The translations under genes and the position numbers were made by a program. Under the pieces are notes generated by a model that was not told the origin of the DNA, searched no databases, and saw only the letters and a list, made by a program, of their open reading frames with translations. Below, piece after piece: positions 18,480-27,720 of a stretch of DNA of 64,000 nt. The DNA is taken from contig CAWJEN010000006.1 in assembly GCA_963841915.1 (NCBI GenBank), positions 480,001-544,000 on the forward strand. The letters run 5' to 3'. The DNA is from an uncultured Planctomycetota bacterium. GTDB lineage: Bacteria; Planctomycetota; Phycisphaerae; Tepidisphaerales; Tepidisphaeraceae. Position 1 is the first letter of the stretch; every line of letters begins with the position of its first letter.

Positions 18480-19925
18480 CTACTCCGTGGCCGCATCCGT
18501 CAGGATGAACTTGATCTCCGCCTCTGCCGCCAGCTTCTCGGCCACGTACGCACGGCACCGCACCTGCCCCGAGCGACTCTTGACCCGAACCGCCTCGGCC
18601 ACGAGCACCAATTGATCCCCCGGCGTTACCGTCTGACGCAGCTTGACATTGTTCATGCTGAGCAGGATCGCGATCTTGCCCGTGTGCTCGAGCTTCTGGC
18701 TCAGCAGAATGCCACCCAGCTGGCCCATTGCCTCGACAATCAGGACACCCGGAAAGATCGGCTGTCGTGGGTAATGGCCAAGGAAGTAGACGTCACCCAT
18801 CGTGACGTTCTTGATCCCGATCGCCCGTCGGTCGCCATCGATCTCCAGGACGCGGTCGACCAGCAGCATCGGGAAGCGGTGTGGCAGAATCCGCTGGATC
18901 GCCCGAATGTCGATGGCTGCGTCGCTCGACGGCTTGTTGATCAGGTTGCGAAACTCGGCCGCCTCGCCCGGTGTGGCGTGGCGTGGCGTGCTGTTCTGCT
19001 TCGCAGGTGTCTCGGCCTCGAGCAGGGCCCGAACCAGGTCATGATTCAACGCGTGCCCGCTCTTGTGCGCGACGACCCGCCCGCAGATCGGCCGCCCGGC
19101 CAGCGCAAGGTCGCCAATGAGGTCGAGCACCTTGTGCCGAACAGGCTCATCGTCGAAGCGAAACTCGTTGTCGACCGGTCCCTCTTCGCCGACGACGAGA
19201 AGGTCCCTGTACGTCAGGTGGCCGCCCCAGCCTTGCGCTTTGAGCGCCTCGGCCTCGCGCTCGAAGATGAACGTCCTCGACGTCTGCACTTCGCTGGCAA
19301 ACGTCCCTTGCCGGCCGTCGGCGGGGTACTCGAACCTGCCGACGAACGTCTGCCTGCCGATGGGTGGTGGCGCTTCAAAGGTGTAGACGACATCTAAAGC
19401 GTCGGTCGGGCCGGGCAAGGCCACGATGGTCGCGCCGCCTTCGCTTCGGACATGCACCGGCTGGGTGATGATGAGCGGCTTGAGCGTCTCGCCTTCGTGT
19501 GCCTTGACGCCTGCCTCGGCGATGGCGTTGGCAAAGACCTCCGACGAGCCGTCACCCATCGGTAACTCGATCGACTCTGCCGCGGCGTCATCAAGGGCCT
19601 GAACGGCGATGGTCGCATCGGTCACGCCCGCCCCGGCCAAGGCAGCCATGAGGTGCTCGACCGTTTCGACGACAATGCCCTCGCCGCGCAGCACGGTGTG
19701 ACGGGGGCGTTGCTCGACGTTGCGGATGCGAGCTTCGACGGCGGCCGCCTCGCGGCCGTTGGCGTCGTGGCGGACGAACCGGATGCCGCGACCGGCGGCG
19801 GCTGGAAAAAGCTCGAGCTTTGCCTGGCGACCGGTGAAAAGACCCGGACCGGTCAGGCTGGCCGTCCCGGCAAAGGAGCGGCGTGGAAGAACGTGGTTCG
19901 AGTCGGTATCGCTGGAGTCAGGCAA
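18480..19925 (-). CDS. lpxC-fabZ: Bifunctional LpxC deacetylase / FabZ dehydratase
   Basis: TVEHLMAAL, SRTF, HKVLDLIGDL (LpxC); LPHRFPMLLVDRV, GHYP..PIFPGVLIVEAMGQ (FabZ). Confidence 0.93.
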   Translation of the reverse strand: MPDSSDTDSNHVLPRRSFAGTASLTGPGLFTGRQAKLELFPAAAGRGIRFVRHDANGREAAAVEARIRNVEQRPRHTVLRGEGIVVETVEHLMAALAGAGVTDATIAVQALDDAAAESIELPMGDGSSEVFANAIAEAGVKAHEGETLKPLIITQPVHVRSEGGATIVALPGPTDALDVVYTFEAPPPIGRQTFVGRFEYPADGRQGTFASEVQTSRTFIFEREAEALKAQGWGGHLTYRDLLVVGEEGPVDNEFRFDDEPVRHKVLDLIGDLALAGRPICGRVVAHKSGHALNHDLVRALLEAETPAKQNSTPRHATPGEAAEFRNLINKPSSDAAIDIRAIQRILPHRFPMLLVDRVLEIDGDRRAIGIKNVTMGDVYFLGHYPRQPIFPGVLIVEAMGQLGGILLSQKLEHTGKIAILLSMNNVKLRQTVTPGDQLVLVAEAVRVKSRSGQVRCRAYVAEKLAAEAEIKFILTDAATE

Positions 19926-20208
19926 GTCGTTACACCTCTAGACGCGGTTGCCAATGCTAGGTGACGGTCGGGAGGGGCTGGTGCGACGGCGCTGGGCACT
20001 GAGGGGGTGGATGTTCTGCGGGTCGATTGCAGCCGCAGAGCGGATCGGGTCGATACCACAGCAACCGCCTCTGCCGCGCTTGCGGCGGGCCGCGGGATCG
20101 CGACACTGCCGAGCCCGCCTGGGACCTTTGCGTCCCATAAGCTGCGACCGACGAAAGCGACGTAGCCTCTCTGCCCGCTTTGCCACCGCCCGAGCCGAAC
20201 CCGCCACG

Positions 20209-21612
20209 ATGGCCACGATGCTCCCTTTGCCGAACCGAACTGCCTCTTCCGTCCGCCGCCTGGCCACCGCCTGCGGGCTTGCTGCCGCCGCGTTGCTCGC
20301 CGGTGGGTGTGAAGTCTCCGACTTCCTCGACCCGTCGAACGTTGTCGACCCGAGCAAGCGAAACCAGCTCGAAAACGGCAAGGCCTCGCCTGTTGTCAGC
20401 GTCATCCTTGATGACCTGGACCTGGGCGTGACGCCACCCGACGAAGCCTTCGCCGACGCCCGTGACGTGCAGGCGGGTGACATGGCCGTCATCAGCGAGG
20501 ACTACATCATCGGCGCAGCCGACCAGTTGCGCGTCACGATCAACGACTACCCGGTTCCGGGTGGTCAGTTCGTCGACGCGTTCGAGGTTTCGAGCACGGG
20601 CTCGATCAACCTGCCCGATGTCGACGAGGTCGTGGTCGAAGGGCTGACAGAGAGCGAAGCCGCCGACGCCATTGAGGAGGCATTCGTCGACAGGCAGATC
20701 TTCGTCGACGGCGCCGCCCGCATCAACGTTTTGGCGTTCACGAAGCAGAACCGCACGTTCACGATCATCGGCAACGCCGTCGGCCGTGCCAACCGGTACG
20801 TCATCACGCAGCCCAACTTTCGCCTGCTCGACGCAATGGCCCTGTCGGGTGCCGTCACAAGTGCCGAGGTGCTGACGGAATACGCCTACATCATTCGTCG
20901 TCAGCCGTCCGACGGCGGACCGGCAGGGGAACGGGCCCAGCCACGGCGAAACAACGGCGGCCAGGCGGTGCCTCCGGGTGATAACGACCAGCTTTCACCG
21001 CGCGGCGACGCCGGTGACATAAACGACGCCGAGCCGATGCTGTCCGACGAATGGGCCCCGGTCTTCGCCCAGGCAGAGGGCACGGCAGGTGGCGGCAGTG
21101 ACTCGTTCAGCTTCGAGCCGCCGACCGAACCACAGGATGTCGAAGTTCTCCGCGTGCCGGTGCAGGAGCTGCTCAGCGGCCAACTCAAGTTCAACATTGT
21201 CGTGCGTCCGGGCGACACCATCGTCATGAACGCCGACGTGGGCGGCGTCTACTACGTCGGCGGTTACGCAGCCGTGACCGGCACGTACCAGCTCTCGCCG
21301 CAGAACCCGGTCACGCTCAAGCGGGCCATCATCAGTGCTCGTGGCCTGTCGCCTGTAGCCATTCCTAGCCGCACGCAGCTCATCCGCAAGATGGGTGATC
21401 AGGACGTCTTCGTCCGTGTCGACCTCAAAAAGATCTTCAGCGGTGAGGCACCTGACCTGTACGTCAAGCCCGGCGACATGATCATGGTCGGCACGAACTT
21501 CCCGGCACCGTTCCTGGCGGCACTTCGTAACGGCTTCCGCGTCAGTTACGGTTTCGGCTTCCTCTACGACCGTAACTTCGCCCGCGACCGGAACGACAAC
21601 AACAACTTCTAG
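20209..21612 (+). CDS. Wza-like polysaccharide export lipoprotein with SLBB repeats
   Basis: LLAGG-C lipobox, DYIIGAADQLRV, G.INLP, VRPGDTI, VKPGDMI. Confidence 0.8.
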   Translation: MATMLPLPNRTASSVRRLATACGLAAAALLAGGCEVSDFLDPSNVVDPSKRNQLENGKASPVVSVILDDLDLGVTPPDEAFADARDVQAGDMAVISEDYIIGAADQLRVTINDYPVPGGQFVDAFEVSSTGSINLPDVDEVVVEGLTESEAADAIEEAFVDRQIFVDGAARINVLAFTKQNRTFTIIGNAVGRANRYVITQPNFRLLDAMALSGAVTSAEVLTEYAYIIRRQPSDGGPAGERAQPRRNNGGQAVPPGDNDQLSPRGDAGDINDAEPMLSDEWAPVFAQAEGTAGGGSDSFSFEPPTEPQDVEVLRVPVQELLSGQLKFNIVVRPGDTIVMNADVGGVYYVGGYAAVTGTYQLSPQNPVTLKRAIISARGLSPVAIPSRTQLIRKMGDQDVFVRVDLKKIFSGEAPDLYVKPGDMIMVGTNFPAPFLAALRNGFRVSYGFGFLYDRNFARDRNDNNNF

Positions 21613-21628
21613 TCGCACCTGAGTAACC

Positions 21629-21665
21629 AAACGCCCCCGAACCGGTCGCCGGCTCGGGGGCGTTT
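21629..21665. terminator. Bidirectional intrinsic terminator
   Basis: AAACGCCCCCGA...TCGGGGGCGTTT between convergent genes. Confidence 0.8.
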
Positions 21666-21689
21666 GCATACGGAAGGGGGTGGAAGTAG

Positions 21690-24600
21690 CTACACGGTCT
21701 GGCCGAAGTTGGCCCGTAGCAGGGCAAAGTCGAGAATGCTGACCGTGTCGTCGTAGTTGAAGTCACCCTCGGACCACAGCGAGCCGCTGCCGAACCCACC
21801 GCGCAGGCGGGCGAAGTCGAGGATGCTGACGGTGCCGTCGAGGTTGGCATCGCCGTATCGTGTGTAGCGGACGAGGGTGGCGGTGGCGTCGACGGGTCGA
21901 CCGGCGAACGAGCCGGCGCCACCGAGCAGGTCGGCCGAGTCGCCGTACCCGAGGGCGAACTGGTTGGCATTGCCGAACGACGTGTTGATGCCGGCCCCGT
22001 TCCACGCGCCGCCGTTGTAACCGGAATCGATGAGGGCGGCGATGGTGCCGAGCGGACTGACGCCGCCGAAGTCGACGATGAGCGCGTTGTCGGCGATGTC
22101 GAGGAACCCGCCTGCGTTGGTGTTGATCGACAGGAAGTCGGTCTCCAGCACGATCGGGGTGATGCTGTCGAAGGTCGCCCGGCCGCCGTCGTCGAGGACG
22201 AACTGCGACAGGGTTTGCGAGGTGAACATGCGGATCGCCGTGTCGGCGTAGATCTGGTCGAGACCGTCCTCGCCGTCCACAAATACCGGCGGGGCGAAGA
22301 TGTTCTTGCCGTTGATGTCGATGTTGTCGTTGCCGCCGCCAGCCTTGACGGAGATGGCACCGTTGAACGTCGAGTTGACGTCGATGGTGTTGTTGCCGAG
22401 GTTGGCCTGGAGGTCGAGCTCTTCGAGTCCGCTGAACGTCCTGCTGTACGTCGACGTGTTCTTAACGAGGGCTGTGGACGTCAGCGTGTAGGTGTCGTTA
22501 CCTGTGTCGAGTCCGTCGAGGAAGATCAGGTCATCCGTCCCGGCGTTGCCGTTGACGACGATGTCGCCGCTGAGGGAATCGATGCGCTGGGCACTTGCGG
22601 CGACGAGAATGTCGTCGTTGCCGCTGCCGGCGTTGATGACGAGGTCGACCGGGAAGATGATCGGCGGTCCGCCGATGATGAACTGTGAGCCACCCAGGCC
22701 GTTGACGTTGATCGTGTCGTTGCTCGTTCCGGCATTGACCGTCAACGCCTCGATTCGCGGCGGGCTGATGAGGCCGGAAATCCAGTCCACGCTTCCTTCC
22801 CAGCCGCTTCGGTCGAAGCCGCCTGAACCAATGTCGTAGGTTCGAGTGCCTGTCTCGCTCGCGTCGTTGATGTTGACCCGGTCGAAGCCTGCATTGCCAT
22901 CGACAAACACATCAGCGATGACCGGGTTGATGTCCCCGTTGCCGATGTTAATGGTGTCGTTGCCGTCACCGGCGGCGACGGTCAGATCGTTCTGGAGCGT
23001 AAAGCCGAAGCCCAGGACGCCCATCCCGTTGACGTTGATCGTGTTGGACCCGTCGTTGGCGTAGAGGGTCGTTTCTGCGATGGCGATGCTCGTGTAAACG
23101 TCTCCGCCGAGCGAGCTCTTGGTGAAGGTTTGTGCGCCACCGAACGTGCCACCGTCGAAGGTGTAGCTGTCGTTGAGCGTGTCGCCGCGGTCGTCGAGGA
23201 TGACGACGTTGGTGCCACCGTTGCCGTTAAGAACAAGGTTGGCCGAAACATTGGTATCGAGATCGCCGAGATTCACGGCACCGACGCGGAACGTATCGTC
23301 GCCGTTGTTGCCCTCGATCAGGACGTCGGCAACCGTGGCCGCGAACCGCTCGAGGTTGATCACGTTGCTGCCGGTGTTCGCCTCGAGTTCGACGTCCTCA
23401 ATGTTGCTGTACGTTGTGGTGCTGGTTTCGCTCGATTTGGAGAAAAGGGCCAGGTCGAACGTGTAACTGTCGTCAGCGGTGTCGCTTGCATCTTCGATGA
23501 CGAGCCGGTCGATGCCGAGGCCGCCGTTGACGATGACGTCGCCGCTGGTGTTGTTGTCGTAGTCGCCGCCACCGACAAAGACGGTGTCGTTGCCGTCATT
23601 ACCGTTGACAGTGAACGCGCCTGTGACGGTGCTCGACACCCGGTCGAGGTTGACCGCGTTGTTACCAGGGTTGGCGTCGAGCACGATGTTCTGCATGCTC
23701 GAGAAGGTGAACGTGTCGGAGAAGCTTGTTTTGGTCAGCGTGGTGAAGTCGAGCGTGTAAGTGTCGTTACCGGCATCGGTCGAGTCGTCGATGTTGAGCG
23801 TGTCGTCGCCGCCGTCACCGTTGAAGATGACGTTGGCACGGATGTCGGCATCAAGATCACCGTCGGCGACGTTGAAGATGTCGTTGCCGTTGTTGCCCTC
23901 GATGCGGAGTGGCAGGGTGCTGAACAAATCGTTGACGTTAAAGGTGTCATCGTTCTGCGAGGCGTCGATCACAACCTCCTCGGCGTCATTGCCGACAGTG
24001 ATAATGTCTGAGCCTTTGATAAAGTCGTTGCCGTCGATGGTCCAGGTGTCGGCACCGAGTCCGTCGTTGAAGTCTTCGATGTCGACAACGTCGGTGCCTG
24101 CTCCGGTGTTGACGACGACGTTGCTGGCGAGGTTGGTATCAACGTCACCGCCACCGATGCGGACGATGTCGTCGCCGTCGCCGGTCTCGATGCGCAGCGT
24201 GATCCCGCTCGGCAGTGAGTTGACGTTGACGGTGTCGTTCCCGCCGCGGGCGAAGATGATGACTTCGCTGGAGATGTCGCCGACGGATCGTGTGAAGGAG
24301 CCGTTACCGCTGGAGGCGATGGTGAGTTCGAGCCGCTGCCGCTGACGGTGAAGGTGTTGGCTGCCTTGGGTGCCGCTGACGTTCAGGTCGCCCTGACGAT
24401 CTTTGACCCAGCCCAGGCCGCGGTGTAGTGGGCGCGGACGCCGTTGATGTCGTCGGTGAGCAGGGTGCGGTCGTCGGGCCTTGTCATGCGGTTGCCGATG
24501 CAGGCGTCCATGATGGCCGGCTGCGGCGTCGGGCAGACGCCACCGACGACGTTACCGTTGGGGTGCCGAAGGCCGAGCGCGTGGCCGATCTCGTGGACGG

Positions 24601-25290
24601 CGACTTCGAGATAGTCGACACCGCTGCTGCCGGGCGAGCCGTCGCCCCAGCTGTTGCCGTTGTCGAAGTGCAAGTCACCGGCGATGCCGCCGGAGACGAG
24701 GTTGACCGGGAAGATCGGATTGGTCGGGAAAATAGGCGTGGGCCAAGACGTTGGCACCCGACTGCACCGTCGATGAAGTGGTGGCCGAAGCGCAGCTGCG
24801 GGTTGCCGCCAGCGCCGTAGTCGGGGTCGTCGATGCTGGACGCTCGGGCCGCTGTCGATCTCTTCGGTGAAGGTCAGGTCGCTGACTGCCGTCCAGATGA
24901 GCATGGCCTCTTCGGTCAGGTTGCGAAGCTCGGTGGTGATCAGGCCCGACGAGGCCGCCGTTGAGCAGATTGCTGTAGCTGTACGGACGTCGGGCGAATT
25001 CCACTTCGTCGTAAGATCGTGACGACAGCGTCGTTGCCGACGAGATTCTGCTCGTCGATCGGCACATGTTCGGCTCGCCATCGTCGACGTGGCCCATGTC
25101 GTCGTTGTAGCCGTAGAGGGCGTGCACCAGCTCGTCATCGCCGTGGTCGTGATGTGTGGTCGGTTCGGCAAGGTCGCCAGGCGGCGTGGGCCAGCAGGCG
25201 ACGGGCCTCGAGCGGCTCGATGGCCAACACCGGGATGCGGCGGCTTGCGCGAGGAGGAGGCGCGGGGAAGAGAGGCGATGCGACGGCCAT
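21690..25290 (-). CDS. Large secreted matrixin (M10) metalloprotease with Ca-binding beta-roll-like repeats and C-terminal dockerin-like domain; frameshifted in this sequence (assembly error or pseudogene)
   Basis: ATG 25290; EPLEARRLLA (25189-25218); NVLAHAYFP; GDLHFD; HEIGHALGLRH (24563-24595); GxxGNDT repeats; YGDANLDGTVSILDF...GDFNYDDTVSILDF; segments joined across about 11 single-base indels. Confidence 0.8.
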
Positions 25291-25624
25291 GGCGGACGGG
25301 CGGGGGCAGAAAACATGTTCTCTCCGGTGGGATGAGGGCTGGGATCACGAGTTGCCCGAACCGCCCAATTACCGATCCCTACACCTTACGCTAACGTCGA
25401 CGAACAACTGCCGCGGGCAGGTTGGAGGAACAGCAGCGAACTCCGGCAACGGTAACAAGCCGGCGGAAGCAGCTCAAGCACATTTAGCATTAAGATGCGG
25501 AACAAGGAGTCGACAAGGCATGCCGTTCGGCGACGGCTCCTTCGCGTGTGAGGCGGGCTGGGAGGCACGACAAAGCCCGATGATCCAGCCGGACCAGCGG
25601 GCAGAGCTTTGCCGTGACAGGCCT

Positions 25625-26266
25625 CTACATCGGCTCGTGCTCGATCGTGCGGTCGTAGACCTCGAGCAGCTTGCTCTTGTCGAAGATCATCTCCTGACGC
25701 GTCAGGCCGACCAGGTCGTAGACGCTCGTCAGCTCGATGGCGTCGACGGGGCAGGCCTCCTCGCACATGCCGCAGTAGATGCAGCGAAGCTCGTCGATGT
25801 CGAACTTGATCGGGTACTTCTCGCGGTCTTCCCACGGGCTTTCGCCGGCCTCGATGTGGATGCAGTTGGCCGGGCAGGCGGTGGAGCACATAAAGCAGGC
25901 GACGCACTTGACGCGACCTTCTTCGTCTTTATTGAGCCGGTGCACGCCGCGGTAGGTGCTGCGGAAGATGCCACCGTCTTCGACGGCCTTGTCCTCGCGT
26001 CTCTCCTCGGGGTACTGGATCACGCGGTGCTCGTCCTTGACGACGACGTTGAACAGGTGCCGCATCGTCGTGCCAAGACCCTTGAAGACCTGCGGCAGGT
26101 AGAACTGGTCGCTGATTGTCAACTTCGGCTCGGTCATCGTCACGTACGTGCCGTCGTCGTCCTTGATGCGGGAGACGGGCCGCTCCATGATCTTGGGCGG
26201 CGTTTGGGCGACGGGGCCGGTGGGAACGGCGACCTTGGCTTTGTCGTGCGTCTGGGTCTCGGGCAT
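25625..26266 (-). CDS. nuoI: NADH-quinone oxidoreductase subunit I
   Basis: QYPEE, YRGVHRL, CVACFMCSTACP, CIYCGMCEEACPVDAI. Confidence 0.95.
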   Translation of the reverse strand: MPETQTHDKAKVAVPTGPVAQTPPKIMERPVSRIKDDDGTYVTMTEPKLTISDQFYLPQVFKGLGTTMRHLFNVVVKDEHRVIQYPEERREDKAVEDGGIFRSTYRGVHRLNKDEEGRVKCVACFMCSTACPANCIHIEAGESPWEDREKYPIKFDIDELRCIYCGMCEEACPVDAIELTSVYDLVGLTRQEMIFDKSKLLEVYDRTIEHEPM

Positions 26267-26352
26267 CTTGCGGCACGATAGGGGCCAACTGACAAGACGG
26301 CGGCCACGTCACCGTGGCCGCCGTCGGTTTGTGTGAAACACGCCTTTCAGTT

Positions 26353-27642
26353 TCACTCGACCAGCATCGTGCGGCTCGTCTCGTCGGCAAGCATCCAGCG
26401 GATCGTGTAGTTCAACAGGTCGTAACCGTCCTGGTTGTACTGCCACTTGCTGCCTGAAAATTCCGTGGTGCGGGTGAAGATACCGGCCCGCTTGTGCTTG
26501 GCGGTCTTGCCGTTACCCATCTTGCTGCCGGCGTCGAACCAGAAGGTGGTGGCCTTCATGAAGTCGTCCTTTACCGTGCTGAGCACGACGGCATCGTTGC
26601 CCAGGGCGGCGCGGTCGGCGTAGCCCATCAGCGAGTTGCCGTCAGAGGCCTTGGCCTTGTACTCGACGCGGTCCTTCGCCTTCATTTCACCCGATTGATA
26701 CTTGGCCCAGAGCTTGGCGTTGGTCCGGTTCTTACCGTCGGTGTCCCACCAGTCCTGCCACTGCGACCGCCAGTCGAGATCGAGCTCGTCGGCCTCGCCG
26801 TTCTTGCCTTCCTTCTTCATGCCGAGCTTGCGGACGTCGATCTCGCAGTCGAAGTCTTTGGCTTGGATGGTGGTGTGCGTTTCGCCGTCTGCGCCGCCGG
26901 TGAAGCCGAAGGAGTCGTACAGATTCGTCTCGCCGCACACCACCGGCGCGTCGATGTCGAAGAGGGCGGGGTCGACCCTGCTCGACGACACGCTGGAGCT
27001 GATGAACAGCACCTCGCCCGGCACGATGAGATCTTCATCAACGTTGTAGATCGTGACAAGCCGCACCGGGTAGCCGGCCTTGCGGATCTGCTTCATCATG
27101 GTGACGTCGTTGGCTTTGGGTGAATTGGCGTTGTCGACCGCCAGCAGCACGCCGGGCAGGAACGCCGTCGCCGACATCGTGTGCGTGGTCTCGCTGAGCC
27201 CGATCCAGCCGCTGGCGACGGTTCGGACGGTCATATCGACCTCGACGCGAACGGCATTGGCTTCGCTTGAGTCCGACGCCTCGACCGTGAACGCCTTCGC
27301 AACCGAGTTCCACTTGCCGTAGAGCACGCGAACCGCCTCGACGTCAGTCGTTCCGGAGCTGCTGCCGACGCTGAGGCCGGCATCCGCCAGCACGCCCGCG
27401 ACAGCGTCCTCGACGTCGTACTTGCCGTGGGCGACCCTGTAAGCGCCGGCCTTGGCCGCCGAGTCGGCGGCCGTCTGAACCATGCTGCGACCAACCGCGT
27501 AGTTGCCGACCTCCGTCATCACGCCCAAACCCAGGAGCATGACCGGGATCAAGAAAACGGCAAACAGCAGCACCGACCCGCGACGAATGTGAACGCGTTG
27601 CAGATGAATCGGTGGACCTTCTGAAGAGAGCTGGCGTGACAT
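26353..27642 (-). CDS. TadG/Tad-like pseudopilin-domain protein with extracellular alpha/beta domain
   Basis: RRGSVLLF prepilin-like start, TM, QTAADSAAKAGA, YGKWN...ANAVRV; start ATG 27642. Confidence 0.75.
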   Translation of the reverse strand: MSRQLSSEGPPIHLQRVHIRRGSVLLFAVFLIPVMLLGLGVMTEVGNYAVGRSMVQTAADSAAKAGAYRVAHGKYDVEDAVAGVLADAGLSVGSSSGTTDVEAVRVLYGKWNSVAKAFTVEASDSSEANAVRVEVDMTVRTVASGWIGLSETTHTMSATAFLPGVLLAVDNANSPKANDVTMMKQIRKAGYPVRLVTIYNVDEDLIVPGEVLFISSSVSSSRVDPALFDIDAPVVCGETNLYDSFGFTGGADGETHTTIQAKDFDCEIDVRKLGMKKEGKNGEADELDLDWRSQWQDWWDTDGKNRTNAKLWAKYQSGEMKAKDRVEYKAKASDGNSLMGYADRAALGNDAVVLSTVKDDFMKATTFWFDAGSKMGNGKTAKHKRAGIFTRTTEFSGSKWQYNQDGYDLLNYTIRWMLADETSRTMLVE

Positions 27643-27720
27643 GCAGCAAACCTGCAATCCACGCCAGCTCAAGACGAACCGCACCCGTGTTATCGGCCGG
27701 CCACCTGCGGCTGACTGCGG

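Noticed and set aside
16840..18615. 591-aa + strand ORF, and similar long antisense ORFs (e.g. 25019..26281, 43773..45077, 57178..58503, 60177..61511)
   Set aside because: Shadow frames opposite well-supported genes, expected in high-GC DNA; no recognisable motifs
24320..25195. Programmed frameshifting, phase variation or DGR mutagenesis in the matrixin gene
   Set aside because: Too many mixed +1/-1 events, no long slippery tracts, no reverse transcriptase or TR/VR pair; sequencing error is more parsimonious
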